Origin: Prasinococcaceae sp. CCMP 1430 | Taxonomy: Eukaryota > Plantae > Prasinodermophyta | Direction of reading: 5' to 3' | DNA: 6,304 bases | Assembly: GCA_013416795.1 (NCBI GenBank) | Contig: RQSC01001286.1 | Span: 8,304-14,607, forward strand | In this document: in pieces, positions 5,632-6,304 of the stretch | Position numbering within the stretch: the first letter of the stretch is position 1 | Layout of the letters: each line of letters begins with the position of its first letter | Program-made: the position numbers and the translations under genes | The notes under the pieces: model-generated | The model's database searches: none | What the model saw: the letters and a program-made list of their open reading frames with translations, nothing else | What the model was told of the DNA's origin: nothing

Positions 5632-6304
5632 TCAGCTTCCATCGCGTCCCCCCATGATCGCCCTGACCCTGCGCTCGATCTCGTCGCGCAGGCTGGCGCC
5701 CTTCGCCGACTGCGCGTCCGCCTGAGTGAAGGTGCCGCTGGCCTCGTCCTGCAGGCGTAGCTGGCGCGCCTTGCGCGCCGCGACGTCCGCCTCGAGCGAG
5801 GAGGCGGCGTCCGACATCGCCGCCTGCGAGTCGGCCACGGCCTTGGCATCCTCGGCGCTCCCCAGTGCGCTCTCGAGCGCGCTCCTGTCCGACTCGACGC
5901 GCCGCTGCAGCTGTTCCTTGAGGTTCTCGTTCTCGGCTTTCGTGGCGTCCACCTCGAGCTGCAGCTCGCGCACCAGCGCCTTGCGCGTAGCCATCGCCTC
6001 GCTCTCCGCCGCGNCGCCGCGCTCTTGGCCGCGCCGACCGCGGCGTCGCGGGCGCCCGCGAGCGCCCGCACGACTTTGGACGCGGGCACGGTGAGCTCCT
6101 CGCCCGCGTAGAGGGTGGAGCCGCGGCGCTTCTCGAGGAACGGGTTGAGGCGCTTGATTTCGGCGACCGTGGTGTCGAAGCGCTGCGCCAGCACGGAGAG
6201 CGTGTCCCCGGTGTCCACCACCACCGTGGTCGTCACGACGGCGACCGTCGCCGCCGCGGGCGCCGCGGCCGCCTTGGCGAAGATGCGCGCGCGCGCGGGC
6301 GCGC
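5632..6304 (-). CDS. LysM-domain protein with C-terminal coiled coil; 5'-partial, apparent frameshift at ambiguous base N6014
   Basis: The frame is open to the window edge (APARARIFAKAAAAPAAATVAVV...). LysM motif VVVDTGDTLSVLAQRFDTTVAEIKRLNP...LYAGEELTVP (~6227-6084). After N6014 the reading continues in the frame of ORF 5632..5994 with a heptad-rich A/E/L/Q/K/R segment (LVRELQLEVDATKAENENLKEQLQRR). TGA at 5634-5632. Confidence 0.8.
   Translation of the reverse strand, partial: RARARAHLRQGGRGARGGDGRRRDDHGGGGHRGHALRAGAALRHHGRRNQAPQPVPREAPRLHPLRGRGAHRARVQSRAGARGRPRRRGRRGQERGXAAESEAMATRKALVRELQLEVDATKAENENLKEQLQRRVESDRSALESALGSAEDAKAVADSQAAMSDAASSLEADVAARKARQLRLQDEASGTFTQADAQSAKGASLRDEIERRVRAIMGGRDGS

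Noticed and set aside
1-6304. Nucleosome-scale periodic clustering of CpG/(GC)n tracts, as in algae with DNMT5 linker methylation
   Set aside because: By-eye spacings of the tracts were too irregular to claim periodicity; a CpG autocorrelation over a much longer region is needed.

Overview
Eukaryotic, very GC-rich (roughly 70% by eye), gene-dense DNA with short GT-AG introns, each carrying a CTGAC branch motif. This fits a compact microalgal-type genome, but the taxon cannot be fixed from the window. There are four protein-coding genes. (1) An EXPERA/EBP-superfamily membrane protein (+, probable start 450, stop 1427). (2) A two-exon 2OG-Fe(II) dioxygenase (-, 3033..2557 + 2455..1673) that closely resembles the plant At3g50210/DIN11 (2-ODD-C23, homoarginine-6-hydroxylase) clade and has a presequence-like N-terminus. 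(3) A three-exon gene (+, 3363..3566, 3752..4284, 4413..5424; 582 aa) that joins three separate ORF-track entries into one BAH + RRM-like protein with the family-specific motifs of plant ANTI-SILENCING 1 (ASI1/IBM2/SG1). (4) A 5'-partial LysM + coiled-coil gene (-, >6304..5632) whose apparent frameshift falls on an N base. The most interesting item is the ASI1-like gene, a factor usually described as plant-specific, here in a genome whose visible introns are only 101-185 nt. All family comparisons are recalled from memory and need database confirmation.
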